DNA from: Fimbriosthenelais zetlandica
Lineage: Eukaryota
Length of the DNA: 64,000 nucleotides
Direction: 5' to 3'
NCBI GenBank assembly: GCA_977030845.1
Contig: OZ365112.1
Span: 19,530,001 to 19,594,000 of the forward strand
In this document: piece after piece, positions 27,301-39,300 of the stretch
Layout of the letters: the number at the start of each line of letters is the position of its first letter
Position numbering within the stretch: the first letter of the stretch is position 1
Position numbers and translations under genes: made by a program
The notes under the pieces: model-generated
Told to the model about the DNA's origin: nothing
The model's input: only the letters and a program-made list of their open reading frames with translations
The model's database searches: none

Positions 27301-30300
27301 AAGTGGTTGTCTAGGAAGAAAGGCCTAAATAATTAAATAATTCTTTGTGAATATATATTCTTTGCGGACAAGTGGGATTTGACTTCATGTGAACCATCAC
27401 AATAGACAACAGAACAAATGAAGATGAAGTCATACCCTATAGACAAAAGTACCTACTAATAGATGATATTTAAAATAGTTTATCTATGGAAACTATTAGG
27501 CGCTAATTGCAGTGATTAGAGTAGGTCTAAGAGTGTTTCAGGGGTCGAGAGATACTGTACTTAGAAGATGGTTCAATTTTGGAGAAAGACTGGTATTTGG
27601 ATAATTGAAAGCGTGTATATTGGCAGTGTGTGAATATAAATGTCATTTGCCGCTATAACAGGCCTCGGGTTGGCGTTCTACAGGTGACGGGCAAAAGAAG
27701 ACCATATGACAGTCAACAAGACTGACCTCATCCAAGAGGACTTTCTGAGGAAGCCAAATCAACTGAACAAACCATGCATGAAACACATAACTGACGGGAT
27801 CTAAAACACAGAATCAAAACCAACAAACCTATCAGAGAAACAAACTTGTTTTTGAAACTTCATTTGAAACAGGGGACTTCATAATATGGCATATGCAAGC
27901 AAATGATTTTGAAGAATTCGGGTTGATTTTTCATCTACAGAAGCTCAAACATGTACTTGGCGCTCAAAGCAATGAACACAGATCGAGACTGAACAGAAGA
28001 ACGGGCCCTTACTAACCCTCATCCCATTAAAATTATATTTTTAACAATTACTGACTTTATACAGATTTTATAAATCATACATCTTGTCATGATTATTCCA
28101 TATTCCTTTATCAAAATCTCATATTAACTTCTCAGTTCTGATAAAAGACCATTTTGAAGAAAAATTGAAAGCAATGGCACAAAACGATGACAAAACGAAG
28201 GGCGTTGTATATACAAGACGAAAAGGTCAAGAACAAATAAAAGAAAAGTAACAAAGGAAGAAGAGGGTGCATGCATCTTGAATCATCATCATGTTGAGAT
28301 GCAAGTCTAAATACCCCAATCCTGAGAGGAGCTCGGCTTGGTTTGCATCTTATCGCCCTCGTAATAAGGTAAGTAGACATGTTGTTCCGGCAGAGGCTTG
28401 CCAAATAAGGGTGACGAGGGCAACAACATTTCGTCACCTAGGTAACGGGGGGCACCAACCATTATACATCACACACTCTCCAAATAGTTTCTATTATTTT
28501 CCATTAACTGTTACATTATATTTAACTGGCACAGTTATATATACTGTCATGTGAATTCTAGTTACTTTTTCTGTCATATTATTGCATAAACTAATTGCAG
28601 ATATAAATATGTTATTTAAAAAACATAATTTGATAATAAATTGAGTGAAGTAAGATATTTCAACTCCTTGATATGAGTAGAATATTACTACTCTATGATA
28701 TTTCCTCAATTTAAGGGCTCAGTAAAAACAGGCCATTCTTTGTTAGTATCAGCAGTCCAAATCTCACATAGGGTTATCTGGTAAAGATTCTTACTACAAA
28801 GCAGCTAAATTAGCTAATTAGCATGTGTCAATAATGCCAACAATGGCTGGGACAGGATTTCCAAAAGTATATTAAACTTTCAAACTCAAATCCAAGAAAA
28901 ATGACCACTGACTAAAACTGAAAAAATATTTCAGGGGGTCATTTGGAGTGGTGGGAACTGGGCTTGAAACATGTACACAAACACACAGGTCTAGATTAGT
29001 ACATGTTGGGAGGCTATGTTGGATTCGGAGTTAGGCTTGAGGACCATGGGAATAGTTATAGAACATATGTGGAGATACAGAACCTGTGAGAGCAGTAGAG
29101 GGGAATAGGTGGTGAGAAGTACATATGATATATACAATATATGGACATTATAACAATTGCCGCATCCATATATCATATCGATCTATGTACTCTAACCTAA
29201 AAGGAGGTCCACACAAATTAGCTTAGAGACTGGCATCGTCACATTGTGACATGTAAAACACAGAAAATACAGAAATAACAGATGTTCATTGGTAAATGTA
29301 TTAATCTACCTAACAAAGTTATCATTGATTTAGATGCAATAACAATAATTATGGTTAACGTATGGAAGTTCCTCAAGAAACGATACAATGGTAAGAAACT
29401 CTTCCATGCGATATTATCATCTTCAATCTTTTTCAAGCCAAACTTGGTATTATTATAATCATGGATCAGTTTTTTTAATGATACAAGAAACAACATGGAA
29501 AATAAAATAATGCGCATGCATTTAAACTTTTTCATAATATCACTCACAGCATTATTAGTTGAGAACAGCAACATGAAAATACCAAACACTGATGCATCAC
29601 AGCAGAGTGGCAACAGCAGTTACACAGATTTTGTATCTACTGTATGGCGAGTTCAAGAATTCCAAAACGTAGAAAGGACTTCGGGGAATCAAAATGGGCC
29701 TGTGGCCACCCTGCCTTCTGCAATGCATCAGTGTAGGACTATGTATGTTAAAATTCCTGGTTAGGGTTAAGATTTGGGTAATTAGAGTAGTTGAGGCAAA
29801 GATTTGCTTACCTCCCTCGTCCTCGGAGTCGGTCATGAGTGTCTCTTGCATGGTTTCTGGAGACACTACCTTGTACTTCTCTTCGGGAGGGGCCTGTTGG
29901 GGGGTCACCTCCGTGATGTGCTTCAACACCTCGACCACCGAGATGTAGCCAAGGCGCTGGGCAATCGAAAGAGGTGTCTGTCCCGTCTGAAGACAAGAAG
30001 AAACACATGATAAGGCCAAGCTTATATCCCACTGTGGACATAGTTAAATGTACTTTTATTTGATTTTGACTTTTAGGGTCGAAAAGTGAAGACTCACGTT
30101 GGTGACAGCGTTGGGTGAGGCCTTGTACTTAAGCAGGAGGTTGATTACAAGGACATGGCCCTGTTGTGCCGCCTGGTGGAGTGGCGTGTAACCGAGCTAC
30201 AAAAAAAAGAAAATATCAATGAATCATCATTTCTAACTCGAATTTAACCCTTTCCCCTTGAATTTCAGCATCTCTACGTCAAGTTATACCAAAGGTCATA

Positions 30301-33300
30301 GGTTGGAGGTCGTAGACCAACACGTGAGCTGACGGAGGTTTACCTTGGTGGTAGCGTTGACAGAAGCGTCATGTTCGAGTAGGAATCGTATCATATTTAT
30401 CTGTCCAAAGTGACAGGCAGTGTGGAGTGGGGTATAACCGGCCTTAGTCTGAGGATCGATGTCTGAGCCGTGCTTGACAAGGATCTCAGCTACAGGTACT
30501 TTGTCTTCTTGTGCCGCCAAGTGCATTGGTGTCAGTCCATTCTGTGCAGAGAAAAGAGACGATCATGAAACTCTTGTTGATTCCTTAGATTCTTGGGGGT
30601 ACATCATCGAGTACATGGTTAAATTCTAATAATTTCCCTATGAATTGATCTGATAAGTTTGGTAAGGGACCTACCTTAGCCTTACAGTTAACGTTGGCCT
30701 TGTGTTCTAGTAGGAGGGACACCATGTCGGTGTGACCCTCCTGTGAAGCCAGATGGAGTGGGGTGAAGCCGTTCTGCAAAGAAAATAAGTTCTCCTTAGC
30801 GTTTCCTTCTTATGGTTTTGCCAAATGGACTATTCTTTAACAACCTCAATCCTTAATCATATTCCGACTATTCTTACCTTGCTCTCGGCATCTGGCTTGG
30901 CACCATATTCCAGCAAAGTAGTTGCAATGTCCATTTGGTTTTTCTTGGCGGCAATGTGTAGAGGAGTATATCCGTTCTGAAGTGTAAAGTGATTGCGTTT
31001 TAAAGATTGAAAGAATCTATCAACCTCTTGGCAAGGGCTTTTTGATCTTGATTGATTAAATTACTTAGCTCTAGTGCTACTCACCTTTGCAGTGCAATGA
31101 GGAGAAGCCCCATTTTCTAGGAGGAGCAGTGCCACGTTGACATGATTGTAATGGGTAGCCACGTGGAGTGGGGTCAGACCGTTCTTGCCTTGTACATTGG
31201 GGTCAGCTTCTTTCTGGAGCAGTAGCTGCACCACCTTAATGTTACCGTACTTAGCCGCAATGTGCAGGGGTGTGAATCCCTTCTGTAAACACAAAATCCC
31301 AAAGAAAAGTTACAAACGAGTATGATCTAGATTTATTTTTAACTTTCGGATTTTAATAGGTAATAGAATAGGATCTTGGGATGGGTTTGGAGGATCAATG
31401 TCCCAAAGAGATCTGATGTACCCACCTTAGTAGTCAGGTTTTGGTTAGCACCGTGCTCTAGGAGTACCGCGGCCACCTCCTCGTGGCCCTCCTTGGCAGT
31501 GATGTGAAGCGGTGTGTAGTTGTCCTTGGTTGTAGCATCCGGCGAGGCGCCATGTTGGAGCAGCAGGACGACGATGTCAGTGTTACCGAGACGGGAGGCG
31601 ATGTGCAGTGGCGTCTGTTGCTCACGTGCTTTCGCGTCCACCTGGGCGCCATTGCGCAACAGAATACGAATGATATCGGTCTGATTGGCGCGGGCCGCAA
31701 GGTGGAGAGCCGTCTCGCCACGGACAGTGGGTGTGTCCGGGTTGGCGCTATGCTGGATTAGGTAGATGACGATGTTCATGTGGCCCATGAAGGAGGCCAC
31801 ATGCAGCGGGGTGAGGCCAGACTCAGTGGTGGCCTCAATGGATGCACCATACTTGAGGAGAAGCTCCACTACTTTAATGCGGTTTTTCTTGCAGGCAATG
31901 TGTAGAGGTGTAAAGCCATTCTGAAAAGCAAGGAATACTTCAGCAATTGAATTCATATTTGGGTAAAGTATAAACATGTTTAACATAATCACTTTATTGA
32001 TAGGACGTGAGAAGATAATAGCCAGTAGACTCACCAAAGCACGGGCGTTGACTTCACATTTACGGTCAAGTAGGAGCTTAGCTGTGCGCACGTTTCCACA
32101 GTGAGCTGCTACATGAAGTGGGGTCAGGTAGTCCACAGTCACGTCGTCGATGGGCGCTTTGTGGTAGAGAAGCAGGCGCGCGCAGTCAACGTGATCGCCC
32201 TGAGCTGCCATATGTAATGGGCTCAGTCCATTCTGTCAAATTATAACCATTGACAATGAAGAAATATATTTAAACATATTAACAAAAATAATTTTGGGTT
32301 TTTTTCTTGGAATCCTAATTTTAACTGTAGCTGATATTTACCTTTGTTTTGGCGTTGACCGGGGCACTTCTCTCCAACAGGATTTCTTCGACTGCATCAT
32401 GTCCACTACGTGCTGCGCAATGAAGAGGCGTCAGTCCGTCCTGTACAAAATCAATGTGAGGTTTAACAACTACCCCAGCAGAACTATGTCCAAGGTATAC
32501 TCTTTACATCCTTTTAAACACATAATTCATCATTGTGAACATTTGAGTATCAAAGCCTAAACCTACTCCTAAGAAATGTAGTTTCTTGGACAAGTTTTAT
32601 GAGCAAGTGCTTCTGAGAATATTTATTTCAAGGTGTCCCATAGATTTAGAAAAGTGCTCAAACAGGAAAATACAGCAAAAGCATAGTTTAGAATGACTGC
32701 ATATTTAGAGATCTCAAAATTCAGGAATTAAAAGGAATGGAAAATTTAAACTGTACAATTATGGTGGGTAGTCAGAAGTAGTGTCCGTACTTTACATCAA
32801 AAGGTGTTTTCAAAGAGACTTTCATAATAATTTTAAATAAAAAAGATGGGTGTTTAAAACACTGTGGTTGAAAATTGATTCAAAGCTACCCACAAAAATA
32901 ACACATGTAATGTATGGTGTCTGGCTAACGTCTAGCAGGTACCAAAACAGTTGGGAGGATTAGGATATCGGGCAGAGGGGAAAAGATTGCATTAAATCAT
33001 TTCAGAGTCAGATTCGAGAATATGGAGGAATTTATAAAATATGTGGAATCAATCATTTTTGAGATATTGTCCAGCAACCTTTTCACATATACCCTTCTCA
33101 TCAGAGATGAGACACCAACTGCAAAACGAAGCGTCATCGCTGCACTGTGAAAAGACATTGGACCCACGATTTAAGTTTAATGATTTGATCATTTTAAGGT
33201 GCCTTCTCTGGATACTGAAGGGGGAGAAGAAACAAGGGGCACATCTGAGGTAACAGTACAGATAGTTGTAGAATGCATGGTTTGCAGTGGTTTTTGAAGC

Positions 33301-36300
33301 AATGTTTCTAACAACGTAGAACACATAAGTACATATATGACAAGGGAACACCTTGACCTATCTGCATCTAAGAGTACACGAGAGCGACATACTACGAACG
33401 ATATCATCTACAGTTCTAAATGAGTGAGTATGGCTTTCGTCACGTCTAATAAAATATTTCTAGAAATTTTGACGTAATTTTACAGAGGTCAACATTATTT
33501 ATTTCATAAGTAAAAGTCAATTCCATTCTCATGGGTAACAACTCTGTAAAATTACGTAAAATTCAGATACACATTTTTACCATCAAGACTAAAATGTAGA
33601 CAATAATATTACAGGAGGTTCGAAAAAATTTAGCGATGCCAGTGGAGGAAAATATGTTATAAACATAAATATCCATATCTTGTATAAAACTGGCATCACT
33701 AGATTGTTTCAATAAGATATGGAATACAACAAGGTCAGGAATTGGAGAATGTGACATTAAAAGCATGAAGATGTTTGGTGAGGAGGAGTAGCACTTACAC
33801 GTGTGGAACAGCCGATGTTGGCCTCACTATCCAAGAGCAGGGTAACCATCTTTGTGCGTCCCCACTTACTCGACACGTGTAAGGGGGTGATCGCATTCTG
33901 TAAGAAAACATCAAATATGCTATCAGAAGCCAGTAATTAATAATAGAAACCACATAAATTTATTGATGTTTCCTATGGTAAAGCATATTACATGACAAAA
34001 TTATTTACCCTGGCCTTGAAGTTGACATCTGCTCCTTTCTCAATAAGGAGCCTGCCGACGTTCAGATTGCCATAGTGAGCTGCGATATGCAAGGGCGTGA
34101 AGCCACTCTGAAAAAAGATCCAGAGTAACGAAATCAGCAAGACTCTCAACAACCTAACAATTACCATTAGCAATCTGGAAAAAATGGTAGAGAACTCCCA
34201 AACATATTGCTCAGTGACAGATGATATATTATTCTTTCACTTGTATTGGGATTGTGTGATATGTATCAAATATTATTGTCTTGCATGCCTTTAGTATAGA
34301 AATATGAGCCACTTTATACCAGGTAAACATGTATAAGGAGAGTGAATATTGTAAAAATGGTGGAGAACCCGGGAAAAAAATTCAATGGTGTTTAGTGTCA
34401 ATAAGCATATAAATCCACTGACTATGGACAATCCCTTGTTTTTATGTTAATAAGATGCAAATTCAGGTGCAGGCACAATATAGCCTAAATTTGACTAAAG
34501 CCAAGGGCACGCGTGAGCAATATGGATTAAAAATTTCAAGCTCCAAATATACAATTCATACAGAATGAAGCTATCATCAAAGACGACTAACTGATTTTCC
34601 CAGGAAATCACAAACACCAACCTAACATATGGCAAAATGTGAAAATGATATGTGAACTGATAGGACACTACTCATGAGTAAGAACTTGCGAAATTTGAAA
34701 AGCATGAAATAAATATATGTTCCAGTTTTGAGTACCAGGTGATTTTTAATGCACTTCCCCGCAAGCCTATTTCAATGTATACCATGACGTTACTCATGTT
34801 CTATTTCTATCAATTTTTACTATCTAATATTTCTGATATGCAATAACGACATGATTGTGTCAATAACGTGTGATTACTTTTGACAGTTTTTGATTGTCAG
34901 CCATGGAACTGAAGAACAGCTACGAGAGCAAATAACAGTCCCTGAGTAAGTTACAAGTAAGCTATCATTTAACAGTCATATTAACTACTCTTTTATTCAT
35001 GTGTTGCCTCTGTCAAAACAGCCACACAACCAGACACCTATTATCAGAAGTCAAATTTTCGATCAAGCCAGACAGTCGGCTCTTCTAGGGCAAGACCCCC
35101 TCCCTCCTCCAGCCTCCCACCTACTCCCCCCTCCCAACACCAGTGGAACAGCCGGGCTGATCATACATTAACTGGTTGCTATGGCAACCGAGAAATGTAC
35201 CGGCTACAGTAGGGGCTACTGGTGCAATGCAGATGGTGGGAGGAGGCTGGGGAGATCCCATAGACTCAAACATAGGGGTCTGCCTGTTTTCCAACTTAGC
35301 TTCATTCTACAATTCTAAACTGCTTTTCATATTTTTCAGAAAAATGAAATAACTTAAAGAAAATATTAAAGGCTTTTTCGAAATAATTATTATAGCAATA
35401 AAGCATTCTGCTTTGAGAGATCAATGCCTCTCCTTGAAAATACAGGTACTGATTTCTTTTGAGACCTAACAATTAAAGAAATCAAAGATAGATGAAAAAT
35501 AGGTTATGAATATCTTTTCCTATGCTCTTTGGCTTTTGATTTATTCCATTTTTTCCCTCGGTGTAGACCTGCAGCTACTATTAACCTGAACCAAAACTTA
35601 GTACAGAAGCACCCACTAATACTCTGACATTTGTTGAGTTCATAGTCTCTAAACTAACGCCCTGGGATTTTGAAAACAACACTTTGCCAAAAGTTTGCAT
35701 ATTATAACCTGACTTTAGGAGTCCTGCTACGATTATTTATAGCTACCTTGATCATGCCTTAATTGCATGCACGCGGTTACAATGAACATGTCTAGCAAGT
35801 TATCTTTATCAAAGTTAGAAGATGCATGTCAACTATATATCATTCTGGTACGTCTAGACTGGCTTTATAGGAGGGGCTGCAAACTTGGGAAACTGCATCT
35901 AGCAAGATATGTTCTCAACAAAAAAAATTATCTCAATGAAACGATTGAAATTGCAAAGATTTGGAAATGACTGAGGGACAAAACCAAAACCATATTGAAA
36001 TTGTGTTGGTCAGAGGAAAATGCAGAACAATTTCCTGAATGACACACAAAAAGAAAAACGCTTAAATGATAACAGGAATTTGAACTGATCCAACTGAATA
36101 GAAGAAATCCATTTTGCTGGAGGGAAAAGGGTGATCATGTTCTAACAAAAAATGAAAGAACACGTCTTAGATGAAGAGATGCAACTGAAATGTTAATGCG
36201 ATAATTACACTTATCTAAAGAGATCCTACAGCCGTGCACTGACACACAAACACACAAAAACAGTCGATTCTGACATACAAAAATTTACACATGTACACAC

Positions 36301-39300
36301 AAAACAGAGCAAACATCATTGTCGAAAAAAATACACAACACACCACATGGAAGGACAGTTGACAGAGGCGTACAGATTATCATCATTCACTAGAAGCCAC
36401 TTTCTATAACATGTCTAGAATGTATGATATGAAAGTGTGTATACAAGGTAATGCATGTAGGTATATTGGTCATTCCATCTACTAATTAATGTACTATTAT
36501 ATACAGACTGTAGAGGAATTTTCTTGATTTCGGAATACAAGAGACCAGATTGTCTCAGCAAAGATCAGTGAAGGTGTTTTCGAAGTACCAGACTAAGAAT
36601 GGAAGTCATATAATGTACATAATCACATGGACTGACCAATATAATAATAACAGTGCTCTTTTATGATATATCTTTACATATATAGAGAGGATGGAATATA
36701 ATAAAAGAGGCGGTCCTGTGGTTAGCTACAGACCTTGGTTGTGTCATTGACTAAGCTGCCACTCTGCAAATAGGGACAAACCACACGGTCGAGGTCAAAG
36801 TTCAAGTCACTTCATGGCAACAACATCTAACTGAGAGAGAGGAGGGCATGATGCTCTTGTCCCCAAATGATGTGCAAGTCTTAATTAGAGCCATTAATAT
36901 ACCACTGAGAATAATATGGGCTGCGATAAGTCTTAAATCGAAAATGCACCAAAACATTCCATTTCAGAATCTTGGTAATGATGCACATTATCCTTCTTTT
37001 AATACCAACAGTCAACAAGGGACAGCACCCACCATAGGGGAGAAGAGCCATGTAAATATTATCTATTTCTCAAATATATCCTTTTTTCGTCCATGGAGAC
37101 AGGTAGAGAGAGTTTTCATTCTAGTAACTGCATAACCATAACGAGCAAGAGAAGATATTTAACATTAATAACGATATTAAGGACGCGACAAATGGAGGGC
37201 AATACTCTGTTGAGGGGAGGAGTATATAAATATGAGAATTATCACGGTGCATGGATGGAACGGGGCAACTGGAAAGGCAGTGTGGTTCTCAAGAGCAAGA
37301 GGATGAACAAGATTTAGTACTTATCATACACTAATGAAAACCATTTACTTAATTCTGAAAATTCTGAAGGGTATCAATCCAATGACTTCAATTATCTCAG
37401 ACCTTAGCTGAGTAAGCACCAAGACACATCAGATTATACGTGACACCCTACTAGTCCCACCTTCCAATGACTAACATCCCCTTTCAGCTAAGAACAATGA
37501 GCTACGCTCACCTTGGACGTGCCATCGACGTTGTGTTCATTTTGTAGCAGGAGCGTTGCAGCCTTGATGTCGTCCTTTTTGGCGGCGATGTGGAGAGCGG
37601 GCAGGCGAACCTTGCCTCGGGTGTCATTCTCCAGCAAGACCGCCACCACTTTATCGTGTCCTTGCTGCAATGCCACTGCCAAAGGAGTAAATCCGTCCTA
37701 GAAAATAGATAAAGTATATAATAGGTTACTAGTTGCAAAATATCAAAAAGCAATTGAGGGTGAAATGCAGGAGTGCCATAGGTAAATTAGTATTGGTTCT
37801 GCCAATAGAGCGATGCATATTCAAAGACTTCCTCCTTAGTTTTGAATACATGTATTTTTACCTATTTTAGTTAATTACAGTTAGGGTGACAAGCATAGAT
37901 TCTTACCTCCGTGGCCAAGCTCTGGCTAGCCCCGTTAGCCAAGAGAAACTTGACCACATCGGAGTGGTTCTCCTGTGCAGCCATATATAAAGGGGTGAAC
38001 CCATTCTGAAAAGTCAAAATTAACACGGTTAATACATGTCCATAAAGATGAAATCATATTTAAATGTAATTCCATAGAAACACGTATCCTTCAAAGTGAT
38101 TCATAAATGACGTTTTCCTACCTGTGATTGGACATTGACTTTGGCCCCCTGTTGCACCAGAATCTTGACAATTTCCTCCTGTCCAGCTAGGGAGGCTATA
38201 TGAAGGGCAGTATTTCCTTTCTGTAAGACAAAAAAAGGAAAATTATAATGATTGTACCTTCATTGCAATATGAACCACATACTAACATCCTTACTTTCTG
38301 TTTCCAACCCCACCCTTTATTTATTATTCTCAAAGATAAGTTGCTTTTATACATGTATTTTTAAAATATGTTCGTGATAAAAGAGTCCAACTTAAGAGAA
38401 AAAAAAACATTCATTGGAGACAGCAGACATAACAGACTGGCTGTACAGAGGGAGGGACAGATGCTCGGACTAGTATGTTAGACCAAGTGCAGGTGTTAGA
38501 TACTCGATAAAACACTCACACCATACCGCCTCAAAATCAATGATCAGATCATGTTGGCTTTCCCCACGATAACTCTATACAATATGAAGGCTTAAAATTT
38601 AATATATTGTCAACCACTAGTGATTGAAATCCCAATGTAACCTTTATACCATGTACGTATTGGAGCTTATTAGCTTGCTAAACTTAATAGCTTGCTTCCC
38701 TCTATATTAGTTTTAAATGTTATTAAATGATTCTTTAATATATATCATATAACGTAAACATGTATTACTGCAATACTTAAAAAAAATAAAAACATTGCTA
38801 ATACTCTGAAGATATTAATGAAAAGCCCGAGAAAGAAAAATATAATCTGAGAATGGGCGTATTAGCTGACTGTAAAATGTAGTGGGATAAAGGAATGACG
38901 TAGAAAAACCGAGATCGAGCTCTGGGATTGAACAGACTGAAATCATTTCATTGTTTGGCAAGCTAGATTGGAATAAACCCATACTAAACAAAAACCAACA
39001 GTGTTCACATAGATATTCAATCCCGCATGGTCAGACTGAAGGATTTTTAGCAGTCTGCAGAATGTGCTGACTTGGCACAGGAAAAAAGGTAGTCATATAT
39101 TATGAGAAGAGGAGAGGGCGGATTTAAAATCTGTACAGTGAAAATATCCACTCTCCTCCCTCACTGTAATGAAGAATTCCTAATAGGTGATCAATATTTA
39201 TACACACACGTTTACACTCCCATCTGATGGAGAAAAAAGCCACTCTATTTCGGACCTGGAATTGGTGCCAAATTCACTAGGTAATTCAATACTTAATGAA

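Noticed and set aside
29458-32560. Plus-strand ORFs antisense to ankyrin exons (e.g. 31483..31761, 29804..30010)
   Set aside because: Shadows of the GC-richer coding exons on the minus strand.
33049-33351. Intronic ORF with a strong pyrimidine tract/AG near 33230
   Set aside because: Phase-0 reading stops after six codons, other readings break frame, and there is no ANK similarity.
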